Virus record (IMG/VR): IMGVR_UViG_3300008122_000001
Location: 1 to 55,705 of that record
DNA length: 55,705 nucleotides
Strand: one strand, 5' to 3'
From: a virus
Taxonomy: Duplodnaviria > Heunggongvirae > Uroviricota > Caudoviricetes
Part shown: positions 9,713-19,972 of the stretch, in pieces
How positions within the stretch are numbered: position 1 is the first letter of the stretch
Layout of the letters: each line of letters opens with the position of its first letter
Made by a program: the position numbers and the translations under genes
Notes under the pieces: generated by a model
The model's database searches: none
The model's input: the letters and a program-made list of their open reading frames with translations, nothing else
What the model was told of the DNA's origin: nothing

Positions 9713-11845
9713 TCACAATTCTACTGTTGTTATCTTTAAATTCGCAGACCATTTTGTAGTAACGTTTTCACTATTACTTACATTAATTAAAAGAATACCA
9801 TCTTCCATTACTAAAGTAGCTACGTAATTATTTTTACTGTTTAGATTCTCTTTGTTTTCTCTAATTACTTTAAATTCACTAGATATTACTTTAGGTAACT
9901 CTACAGGTTTATTAGTTTCATCAACAGAAGGAACTAACAATAGTTCTGTAGTATATGTGACTGCATCTTTAGTTACAACTACATTTAAAGCTTCTATATC
10001 TAATTCTACACTAATATCTCCATTAAATACACCACTACCATTTACTACAAGAGTTCCTAGTTCTGTAATATTATCTAATATTTTAACTGTTGAATTTGGT
10101 TCTGCTTTACCTTGTATTCTAGTTCTTGCATTGTTTAATTTAACTTCTGAAGGTGGAACAATAGTAGCAAGTTTACAAGCATACTCTACAGTAGCGGTAA
10201 TAGCATACGCATTAGTTACTTTAACTTCTACATCTTGTTCTTCTATTACAGCTTCACTTAATGTTACAGTGAAAAAACCATCGTTATTACTAGTTGCTGT
10301 TCCTATTTCTATAGCACCAGTTTTTAAAATGCTAATAGTAGAATTTCTTTCTGCAACACCTGTTAAAGATAATCCAGTAGAATTTACAGCTAATAATGTC
10401 GGTTGTCTTACAGTAACTTTATTAGGAGTATAAAGTATAACACCTTCACTTCTTGCAAGACCATCTACAGTATAAACATATAAAGGAGAGCCATCTGTAA
10501 TTGGTGTAGTTAAGTTAGCTGTAAAGTTTGTATCTGCTAATACGTTAGCAGTACTCACTTCTGCAAATAAGCTATTATAAATTTTAACTTGTTTATTAGC
10601 CAATGCTTTACCAGTTATTACACTACCTGCACTATTAATAGCAAGATCAGTTGGTATTGCTATTTCTTCTAGTACGCCAAAAAGACCTACAGAAGCATCT
10701 ATAGATATTCTTTCGTTATTTGTTACATACTTAGTTTCACCAGAAGTATTAAAAGAAATACAATCAATATTACCTTTTATATTATATACATTTGTATCTT
10801 CTAATAAAGAAAGTATATCAGGTTTTGAGCCATTCTTACTTTCTAAATTTACAACTGTATCATCTAAACTAGTAACTTCATAAGTATAAACATTATCTGT
10901 AATAATAATATTATCTTCATTATCTATTAAACTTAAAGAAGATTCAGTTACAATGTTTTTAAGACTAACTACTCTATCTACTGATGTTTCTTTTATTAAA
11001 CTGTTTTTAGTTTCTAAATCTACAGAATTAATTATTTCACCAATTTTATTATCGTACTCAGTTTTTAATGCTTGAGTTAAATACTTTCTATCTACATTTA
11101 CCCCTTGTGTAACATTATCAGTAGTTAAATTTAAATTAGCTACATCTACTTCAGGTGTTAAATTAATATAAGTAGTACCATTCCATCTGTAAATATCATT
11201 GTTTGTAGTATCAGTATACAATAAAGATGCTGAACCTGTAGTTGGGAAACTTACTCTAGGATTAAAAACAACAACCTCTGGTACATATTGAGTAGGTATT
11301 TTACCATCAACTAAAGGAGCAAGTGTAACACCTTTTTGTGTGGTTACTTTAAGATTTATTTCTGAATCTGTATAAGCTTTAGAAGCTGTTAAATTATCTA
11401 TTACCTTACCATCTGTATATGCCCTATCACCATGAGGATCTATTGCAGAACTATGAGCCTGTATAGAAGTAGTAGTAAAAGCTCTATCACCATGAGGATC
11501 ATTAGCTGATGTGTGTTCTTGTAGAGTTGTAGTTAATTTATTATCACTATAAGCTCTATCACCGTGAGGGTCATTACCTGTTACGTGATTTTGTAATAAG
11601 GTATTAGCAAATGCTCTGTCTCCGTGAGGATCAGAAGCATTTGTATGTTGTGCTACCTTTGAAGAGACACTAGTATCAATAAAAGTAGAAAATAAAGTAG
11701 AATTAACTAAATAACTACTTAAATTTTGTAGACTAACTTTCTCAGCCTTATCTATCCCAGTTCTTTGAACTGGGAAGTAAGTATTATCTGCTAATGAAGG
11801 TGCTGGAGTTAATCCTAGTATTTGAATTCCAATTAAATCTGCCAT
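9713..11845 (-). CDS. Tail fibre with DPHGDR repeats and C-terminal bacterial Ig-like domains
   Basis: Four H-x4-DPHGDRA[FY] repeats; TGSASLLYTDTTNNDIYRWNG fibre motif; three Ig-like repeats (ITGKALANKQV, LTGVAERNSTI, IQGKAEPNSTV). Confidence 0.8.
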   Translation of the reverse strand: MADLIGIQILGLTPAPSLADNTYFPVQRTGIDKAEKVSLQNLSSYLVNSTLFSTFIDTSVSSKVAQHTNASDPHGDRAFANTLLQNHVTGNDPHGDRAYSDNKLTTTLQEHTSANDPHGDRAFTTTSIQAHSSAIDPHGDRAYTDGKVIDNLTASKAYTDSEINLKVTTQKGVTLAPLVDGKIPTQYVPEVVVFNPRVSFPTTGSASLLYTDTTNNDIYRWNGTTYINLTPEVDVANLNLTTDNVTQGVNVDRKYLTQALKTEYDNKIGEIINSVDLETKNSLIKETSVDRVVSLKNIVTESSLSLIDNEDNIIITDNVYTYEVTSLDDTVVNLESKNGSKPDILSLLEDTNVYNIKGNIDCISFNTSGETKYVTNNERISIDASVGLFGVLEEIAIPTDLAINSAGSVITGKALANKQVKIYNSLFAEVSTANVLADTNFTANLTTPITDGSPLYVYTVDGLARSEGVILYTPNKVTVRQPTLLAVNSTGLSLTGVAERNSTISILKTGAIEIGTATSNNDGFFTVTLSEAVIEEQDVEVKVTNAYAITATVEYACKLATIVPPSEVKLNNARTRIQGKAEPNSTVKILDNITELGTLVVNGSGVFNGDISVELDIEALNVVVTKDAVTYTTELLLVPSVDETNKPVELPKVISSEFKVIRENKENLNSKNNYVATLVMEDGILLINVSNSENVTTKWSANLKITTVEL
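11418..11648 (-). repeat. Four intragenic tandem repeats (spacing 60, 72, 60 nt) encoding DPHGDRA
   Basis: ctatcaccatgaggatc and variants near 11424, 11484, 11556 and 11616. Confidence 0.9.
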
Positions 11846-11847
11846 TA

Positions 11848-12546
11848 TTATTCCTGTAAATAAGTATCTATATCCACTTCTAAGTAAGCTGGATCTTCTG
11901 TTGTATTGACATTAATATATCTTAATTTGCTTGTAGGTGTAGAAGTATAATCTTCGCCATTTTCATAATGTTCTTCAATTATTAAACTACCTTTTTCTAT
12001 AGATGTATTAGTTAATTTAACTATGTTTTTTAAATCTTCATCACCTATAATTTGTTCAGAATAATAAGTAAAATTCTCATCAGTTCTTTTTAAGTAGTTT
12101 CCATTTGTATAGTTTACTACCTTAACAACATCTATCTCTGTTTTAATTAATTCTATTCCTTTTATTTTAACTAAAACATCCTTTCCAGTTATTATCTTTC
12201 CTCTTTCTAGTCCAAACTCATTTTCTTCTAATTCTTTTAATGGGTAAAGTTTATTATATACATATCCTTCTACTTCTATAGGGTCAAATAATATATCAAC
12301 TAAGCTTAAAAAATAATACGTTATATCTTGTCCTATACCATCTAACTCTTTAATAGATAGTAAAGTTTCTTTTTTAACTTCCTCTATTACTTCTCCTATA
12401 CTATTTTTTATTAGTATATCTTCGAATGGTACATTAATAAGAGTAGAAGAACTATTAAGTACAAAAGGAGTAGTTAAATCTATTTGTACAGATTTCTTAC
12501 TCTCTTTACTTATTATTGTATAAACATCTTCTGCTATATTTGTCAT
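11848..12546 (-). CDS. Hypothetical structural protein
   Basis: 232-aa acidic ORF in the operon. Confidence 0.7.
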   Translation of the reverse strand: MTNIAEDVYTIISKESKKSVQIDLTTPFVLNSSSTLINVPFEDILIKNSIGEVIEEVKKETLLSIKELDGIGQDITYYFLSLVDILFDPIEVEGYVYNKLYPLKELEENEFGLERGKIITGKDVLVKIKGIELIKTEIDVVKVVNYTNGNYLKRTDENFTYYSEQIIGDEDLKNIVKLTNTSIEKGSLIIEEHYENGEDYTSTPTSKLRYINVNTTEDPAYLEVDIDTYLQE

Positions 12547-12551
12547 TTATT

Positions 12552-13733
12552 TTATCCTGTATATGTACTTAATAATTTTACTTTATACCCTATCCCTTTT
12601 CCAGTGAAATAAGTAAGATAATCATTAAAGTAAACATCTGCTACATATATATTATCAATGTTTACTCCACCTAAAGCTGAATTAGAAATTGTTGGTAATG
12701 GTCCAGTAAAGATTAAAGTTTTTAAATTGGAACTTCCACTAAAAACGTATGAACTTAAATTTGTTAAACCAGTACCAAAGGTTACTTTAGTTAAACTCGT
12801 ATTTATAGAAAAAGCTTGCTCCCCTATTGTAGTTACACTATTAGGTATAGTTATTTCTGGTATTTTAAAACACTCACCAAAAGCATAGCTTTCAATTGTT
12901 AGTAACCCTTCATTTAATGTTACACTAGTTAATTGATCCCAAAACCTAAAACTCTGATAACCTATATTTTGTATAGGTCTTGCTCCTTCTGAATTAATAA
13001 ATAATTCTGTAGCAGTTGATCTATAAACTTCATCTCTAAAACTGTCTTTAGTTACTGTATTACTTTGAATATCTTCTGAATATAATGTTCCATTAGATAT
13101 ATATCTAATATTCCAATAAGGCTCTGCTATAATTCGTTCATATTTACAAAGATTCCAATCATAATCAAAAATAATCATAGAATTAGATACTAATTTAAAC
13201 TTAAATTTTAAATCTTGAATTGTATCATTTTCAAAAGTTAACTCTAACTCTGTTTCATCTCCGCTTATTCTAGAGTCCATGTAAATATAATCACCTATAT
13301 CTGTATCTTGATATAACCTCTCAATTCCTATCTCAAGAGCACCATCTGCACCTGCATTAACTGAATCTGAAGATAATACTATTCCATTTTTATCTTCTAT
13401 TATATATGACATTATTGCTGATGTACTTGGTGTATATTGTCGTACTATAGATACATCAACATAATAAGATGTACATGAATATTCCTCCCCTTCTTCTTCA
13501 ATAATAACTTCTAATAATTCACTTATTTTTCTTTCATTCCCTTTTACAGATTCTATTCTGTAATAATATTTTGAATCTAAATCCAATGGTAATGTATCTG
13601 TATAAGATTTAGTTGTTACTCCTTCCGCTACTGGAAATGGTAGCGGAAATGTTGGGAAAGGTTGGTTAACTCTATATATAGTATAACTATCTATATTACC
13701 GTCAGCTTTCCAAGTTATATTTACTTGTTTCAT
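12552..13733 (-). CDS. FN3-like plus BspA-type leucine-rich-repeat protein
   Basis: N-terminal VNITW..YTIYR..YYYRIESV (FN3-like); C-terminal LTSVTLNEGLLTIESYAF / ITIPNSVTTIGEQAF repeats; GAGG RBS. Confidence 0.8.
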   Translation of the reverse strand: MKQVNITWKADGNIDSYTIYRVNQPFPTFPLPFPVAEGVTTKSYTDTLPLDLDSKYYYRIESVKGNERKISELLEVIIEEEGEEYSCTSYYVDVSIVRQYTPSTSAIMSYIIEDKNGIVLSSDSVNAGADGALEIGIERLYQDTDIGDYIYMDSRISGDETELELTFENDTIQDLKFKFKLVSNSMIIFDYDWNLCKYERIIAEPYWNIRYISNGTLYSEDIQSNTVTKDSFRDEVYRSTATELFINSEGARPIQNIGYQSFRFWDQLTSVTLNEGLLTIESYAFGECFKIPEITIPNSVTTIGEQAFSINTSLTKVTFGTGLTNLSSYVFSGSSNLKTLIFTGPLPTISNSALGGVNIDNIYVADVYFNDYLTYFTGKGIGYKVKLLSTYTG

Positions 13734-13742
13734 TTTTTCCTC

Positions 13743-16700
13743 TTATGTTGCAATTATATCTACTATTACACTCGGACTACCTATATTAGGAACAACCAAT
13801 ACTTTTAATACTGTACCTAAACCTACACTTTGTAGTTCTTCATTTGTAAATAAAATATTTTTATCACTTGTCATTTTAGATAATAAGGAATAAAGACCTG
13901 TTTCGTTTAATAACTGAACTTCGTATGTAGTTCCAATTACTTCATTTTCTACATCATAATGTACAGTAATGTCAAAATTAGAATCAATAGTTGCTGAGAT
14001 ATTAATAGGTATTGTTATAGGTTCTGGTTCATAAGGAGATGCATTTTCATTAAAAATATCATCTGAATAAGGTGTATTATCTTGTATTTGTTCTACATAA
14101 TTTAATCCCATAAAGAAGCCCTTATACCTATCATCAAAAGTAATTGAATCTTTCATTACTTGAGGATAAGCCCATGCTAGTTGTTTCTTAATTCCTATAT
14201 TTTCATTATTTCTAATATCCCCCACTATTCGTTTCCAAATAGGTTCTCTATAATTTGACGTATGTTCAAATTTATAAATATAAGCAATAGCAGAATCAGG
14301 AACAAAACCTGATAAATAAGCAACTTTATTAACTGGATATCCAAGTTCTCCTACTGGTATTTCATTTACAGCTTGATGACTTAAATCCAATCTAGGTGTT
14401 TTTTCTATAATCCAATCATAAGCTTCTGTCATAACATAATCAAAATTAGGATAAGCATAATGTTCAGAAGGGTAGTTAATATATGTAGCTAAACTTTCTT
14501 GATGTGTTCTAATACTAGGGAAGAAAAGTAAAGGACATACTTCTACACTTTGACCTTCATAATAATTTTTTAACATAGTTCTGATGTTTTGACATGTCTC
14601 TCCTAATTTATTTCTTAACCATAATTTAAAGGCTACAGACACTTCATCTACTTTATTAACAGCTTCATAAATAGTACCTAAATCTGGAGCATAATACCCT
14701 GTATCCGCATTAAAAGCTAATCTTGTCTGATAATCATAAACACAAGGATTAAGAGAATCCGTATTAAACCACCACCAAGGTTCTCCTATTTGCATATTTA
14801 TATTACATCCACCCGTAACTAAAGTATCTGCAAACTCTTTGTAAACTTTATGTATATAATCTAAACCATTAGTATTAAAAGACTTAAGAAGTAAGAAGGA
14901 GGTTCATAACCAGTTTTACCTAATCTGTCATTAAATTCTCTTTGACACCATTCTTCTCTTGCTCCTAATGAGTACAACTCCCAACTTACTGAGAACACTG
15001 GTTCAAAATTATTTTGATTTAATATTCTAGAATAAGCTTCATGCCATTTTATTGTTGGAGTATTTACAACTTTTTCATCAGTAACTAAAGTATCAGGTAT
15101 ATAGAATCTATTTAATTCTGTATTCCAATTAATAACAGGATAATGTGACATACCACAATAGTGATTAATAAATCCACTATAACCTAGTGCTTTAAAGTTA
15201 TTAACTAATCTTTGTGGGTTTAAATCATAATGATCATCATAACTTGTACACATACCTATACTATTTTCACTAACTTCTACTCTATTTAAATCTAACTGAG
15301 AATTTGTGCCAGTTACAATAGAATTTAAAACTCTTAAATATCCGCTTTTTGTCTGCGCTAAAGGGGTATTATTTTTACTATAGTCTGTGGTATACGCTCC
15401 TAAATACATTTTAGTAATATGATTAACATTTAAAATCACATCTGCATTAAATCCAGCTTTTATAGTATTAAAATCTAAAGTTATACTATATGTTCTTCCT
15501 ACTGTATTAGTTACATAATTAAATAAAGCAACATATCCTATACCTTTACGACCTAAATTATCTAAGTATTCTATAGTTAATGTCGGAGCTAACTGCTCAT
15601 TTGTAATTAGTGGCATTGTATCTGATAATTCTAAATCAAAACTCCAAACTACATTACTATAATCATAATTAGTATTATATTTTATTAGGCTATGATCTTT
15701 ATCGTCAACTGTATCCCAAACTATACCTACAAAATCGTTTTCTAATCTACTTTCAAAATTAACTTCAAAACCATTATCTATTGATACTATAGAAAAAGAA
15801 GCAGAAGAAGGTCCATCTACTCTCCAATAAGTAGGATCAAATCTATTTATTTTTTCGACAAAAGTTCTTAAGGTAGGGATAGACTCTACAACAGTACCTT
15901 GTAAATCATAAGGTGCAGAGAAATCTTCTTCAATTGGTGGTATAACCTCAGTCTCTTCTTTTACTTTTTCTCGTTTTAAATAAAAACAAAGATTATCTTT
16001 TTGCCTAGTATTAATTGTTTCTTCAATATCTCTAGGATAGATATCATATACTTTAGCATTAGCTAAATCATAATTTACACAACTACTTACAGTATTCGCA
16101 TTTAGTCTTTTTAATTTTAATTCTGCCCCTATACCACCATTATTAATAGTTGTTGTGCTAGACACAGAATAAGGTGTTTCAACTAATCCTATAACTTTAG
16201 ATACGCCATTTACTTCAATATACTCTAAACACTTTACATTAAAATCTTTAATATTTAAGTTGTCTATAAATTGATAATCACCATGTATAAAATCAGAGTT
16301 TTTAACTTTATAAACAGAAAACAAATTGTCTTCTATTGTCTCTAATACATCATTATTTAATGAGTTATCTTCTCTAACAGTGTTGTATATATCTACAGTA
16401 CTATCTTCATTTGTTAATATACTAGACGTTAAATTTATTTTAATATAAAAAGTATAAATATCTTCATTTGTTTTAATACTCTTAGCATTTACAGTATTAA
16501 AAGATAATATTTTAGTATTCGTATCACTAGTTATAATAGAGCTACTATCTAATTTTAACCAATATTCTAGATCAGTACTAAATTCAAAAGAAGCTCCAGT
16601 TGAAATATCTTCTGTATCTAATGCTACTTTTAATAAAGGAGTATTCGTATGTATAGGTCCTAGTATTATTTCTCCAGTTTCTACTTCTCTTTTAAAATAT

Positions 16701-17443
16701 GTTTTTATATCTTTTAACGTTATAGAAGAACTTGTTTTTGATGTGAACTCTATTATAATTTGATCAGTTAATATAGAAGATATATCTATTACATACTTAT
16801 TATCTACTTCTCTATAATAATCTAAATCGTAGTTTGTAGAAGTATTATTAAGTATAATTGCAGTCTGTTCTATATTATCTTTATCTATATATTTGATACT
16901 ATTAATTAAAGGATAAGATTCTGTTAACAATCCTAATTGAATTTCTATACTATTTATTTGTTCTAATGATGTATATCGTAAGTTTAAGTTAAATGTATAT
17001 CTAGTAGTAGGAAATGTAATAGTAGTATCAATAGCTGTTTTTAAGAAAGAATCTATATCTGTTTTTTTATTATCAGAGGTAGTTAATGTGTACTTTTCTA
17101 AAGAAGATATACTGGAATCTTTTACAGATATTTCTTTTCTGTTTTTAATAGAAGTGTCTAATTCAAATTTATCATTAGATATCCTAATGCCATTATTTTC
17201 AATTACAGGTACTGTAGAAAGATTTATAACATTTTTTGCTGTACCATTTAATACTCTAAGATCAGTAAACATATCACTTAAAACACCAATCTTATTTTTA
17301 ATAGTTGTTACTTCTTGAGTAACATTAGAAATAGTATTGTATGTTTTTGTAGCATTATTGTTTGTATCGGAAGTTGTAGAAGTATACTCGTCATTTAACT
17401 TATATTTTAATTCTTCTATCTTACTTAATATTAATCTATTCAT
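13743..17443 (-). pseudogene. Virion protein of about 1233 aa with a C-terminal TIM-barrel (non-contractile-tail-sheath/glycoside-hydrolase-like) domain, split by a -1 frameshift near 14878
   Basis: ORF 14861..17443 has DDHYDLNPQR, HYCGMSHY, SVSWEL, TGYEPPSYFLS; the -1 frame continues FNTNGLDYIHKVYKEFADTL..MQIGEPWWW into ORF 13743..14795. Confidence 0.8.
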
Positions 17444-18680
17444 ACTTAGTTATACCTACGAGTAGTTTCAATGTTGGACTTAAATTATTATTGAAAGAAA
17501 AAAATTCTAATTTAGGGTACACCTTAATATTCTTTATATTTCTATTTTTAAACACTATTCCTTGATTATTTAGAATAGTATAATAATTATTTAATTTGTC
17601 TTTTTCTTCTATCTTAGATTTATATATAACATAAATCTCATTTTTATTTACTAAAGATTCTAAATATTCTTTAGTTATTTTATCTTTCTTATTTTCTTTG
17701 TAATGGTTATTAACATAAATACCTAATATATTCTCTACAGTATTAAAATTTATATTGCTTAAACTTTTACATACTGTTTGAGAACCTAAAGAAAGTAATG
17801 GTGAAATAGTGTTAATTCTATTTTCATTTACATCTAATAGATCAATATCTAAACTTAAGTTTAGAAAAGTATTAGCAGGTAAGCTAGTATTATTAATAAA
17901 ATTAAAAATTCTATCTGCACTATATGTTAAGGGTTGTAGATTTAAAATACCTTCAGAAAGATATTCATAATCCATTAAAGACAATTTTAAACTTTTATAA
18001 TATTCTTGTTCTTCTGGAGGTAATGCTAATATATTCACATTAAATTCTACAGAGATTTGAGTTGATGTTAAATAATCATGCTTAATATATAAAGAGTTTT
18101 TAGAGAAATTTGTAAAAGGAAGTCTAAGAGTAGTACCATCTCCTTTAATTAGTAAGATATTTTTAATAGATAATATATCTAAATATTCTGAATGAAGAAT
18201 AATGCCACTATGATAACTTAAGTTAGTATTGTAGTACACAAATATTTGTCCATCCACTATTTCTTTTGGGCAACTAAAATTATTTGATACACTTCTTAAT
18301 GTTAACCCTTTTTGTTCTTCATCAAAAATTATATTAGTATTTCCTACACTTTCTCTTAAATTATATGTCTGTATATCTAATACATTATTCATATCATAAA
18401 AAGAATTTATATATAGTAACATATCAGATAGATCTTCAATATACTCTAATTTGGTATTTAAAACATCTATTATTTGTTTATATTCTTTTAAGTTTTCTTC
18501 AGAACCTAATCTAGTTAAAGTAGATAACTCTTGGAGTTTAGAGCTAATATCTTCTAATTGCTGATTTATTAAATTTAACTCCAAATTAGATAAGTTATTA
18601 GGGAAACTAGTTAAAGTATTAACTTTAATTATAAACATATCTTGGAAATTTTGTACGAAGTTATAAACGTTTTGTCCCAT
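17436..18680 (-). CDS. Hypothetical structural protein
   Basis: 414-aa ORF with helical N-terminus. Confidence 0.75.
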   Translation of the reverse strand: MGQNVYNFVQNFQDMFIIKVNTLTSFPNNLSNLELNLINQQLEDISSKLQELSTLTRLGSEENLKEYKQIIDVLNTKLEYIEDLSDMLLYINSFYDMNNVLDIQTYNLRESVGNTNIIFDEEQKGLTLRSVSNNFSCPKEIVDGQIFVYYNTNLSYHSGIILHSEYLDILSIKNILLIKGDGTTLRLPFTNFSKNSLYIKHDYLTSTQISVEFNVNILALPPEEQEYYKSLKLSLMDYEYLSEGILNLQPLTYSADRIFNFINNTSLPANTFLNLSLDIDLLDVNENRINTISPLLSLGSQTVCKSLSNINFNTVENILGIYVNNHYKENKKDKITKEYLESLVNKNEIYVIYKSKIEEKDKLNNYYTILNNQGIVFKNRNIKNIKVYPKLEFFSFNNNLSPTLKLLVGITKYE

Positions 18681-18683
18681 ATT

Positions 18684-19964
18684 TTACTCTTTAGTGTATA
18701 TTTTATTATCTGAACTTGTTGGTTGTACTTCTAATATATTACCTATCCTATTTTTTAACTCATTTAAATTGTTTAAAAAATTAGGAGGAAGATCTTCTAC
18801 AGTTTTATTGTTATATTCATTTTGAAAATTTAATTTATTATATTGATATATAGTATCACCATTATCTACTAAATAGATTGATCTATCTCTGTACACACTA
18901 TCAAAATCTAAATTTAATTTCTCTGTTCCAAATTTTATATCATTATAGCTATTATACTTATCATAAACACTATCTTCATATACTAAACTAAAATTCTCAC
19001 CTAACGGTTTCTTTATCTCTATCTCTGTAAAAGGATTAATGGTTACTTCATTTTCTATTATTGAGTAATCACTAGAAAACATAAATAATAAATTAGAATT
19101 GTCTTCTTTATATAGAGACTGTAATACTAAATCTGTAGCGTTAGGGCTGTTTAGTTTTAAGTAGTAATAATACTTTGTTTTTAACTTTTCATCAAATAAT
19201 AAATTAGATCTCCAACTATCATAAAAAAACCAATTACTTTCAAATCCAGAGAAAGCAATAACAGGGTCTTTAACTTCATAACTGTTTTCATTGTATTCTG
19301 TTTTATTAAGTACGTTGAAACTACTATTATATAAATAATATTGGTTATTATTTATAGTAACAATTGCTTCAGGTATCTCTTTAAAATTCTTATATACAAC
19401 AGGTTCAAATACATATTTTGAACCTAAATCTACTCTCGCTAGTAAGCCTTTAATATTTTTAATTGTTATCTTAAATCTATCTTTTAATTTTCTTACTTTT
19501 ACATTTGGAGTCCTAGTTACTGGATTACCTATATTATACAAGTATTCACTTCTTAATTTTAATAAATCTTCTTCTTTATTAAAGTATAAAACGAATCCAT
19601 CAGTTTTATCTATCTTATACTCAGCTATACCTTCAATATACTCTGAGATCATGTCATCAATAATAGCTTCTTGATTTTCTATGTCATCTTCATTATTTAT
19701 ATAAAATTCTCTATAGTGATATAAAGGTATTCCTGAATCTGTAAAGACATCAGTTACTTTTATATTTAATGTGTTACTATAAATAATTAATTGATTTTCT
19801 TTTCTTTCAATATTATATATTTTAGTTTCAAAACTTTCATTTACTGTTATCTTTTCTTCTTTCTTTATTTCTAAATTAAAGAAAGAGTTTTGTGGAGCGT
19901 CTTTAACTACTTCTGCTGTAGCTAATTCTCTATAAATAGGTATGTTATATTTTTTTATTATCAT
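18684..19964 (-). CDS. Hypothetical structural protein
   Basis: 426-aa ORF, GAGG RBS. Confidence 0.75.
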   Translation of the reverse strand: MIIKKYNIPIYRELATAEVVKDAPQNSFFNLEIKKEEKITVNESFETKIYNIERKENQLIIYSNTLNIKVTDVFTDSGIPLYHYREFYINNEDDIENQEAIIDDMISEYIEGIAEYKIDKTDGFVLYFNKEEDLLKLRSEYLYNIGNPVTRTPNVKVRKLKDRFKITIKNIKGLLARVDLGSKYVFEPVVYKNFKEIPEAIVTINNNQYYLYNSSFNVLNKTEYNENSYEVKDPVIAFSGFESNWFFYDSWRSNLLFDEKLKTKYYYYLKLNSPNATDLVLQSLYKEDNSNLLFMFSSDYSIIENEVTINPFTEIEIKKPLGENFSLVYEDSVYDKYNSYNDIKFGTEKLNLDFDSVYRDRSIYLVDNGDTIYQYNKLNFQNEYNNKTVEDLPPNFLNNLNELKNRIGNILEVQPTSSDNKIYTKE

Positions 19965-19972
19965 TAAAACCT

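Noticed and set aside
11418-11648. CRISPR array or DGR repeat
   Set aside because: Repeats are in frame, vary mainly at synonymous positions and encode the DPHGDR fibre motif; no cas or reverse transcriptase gene in the window
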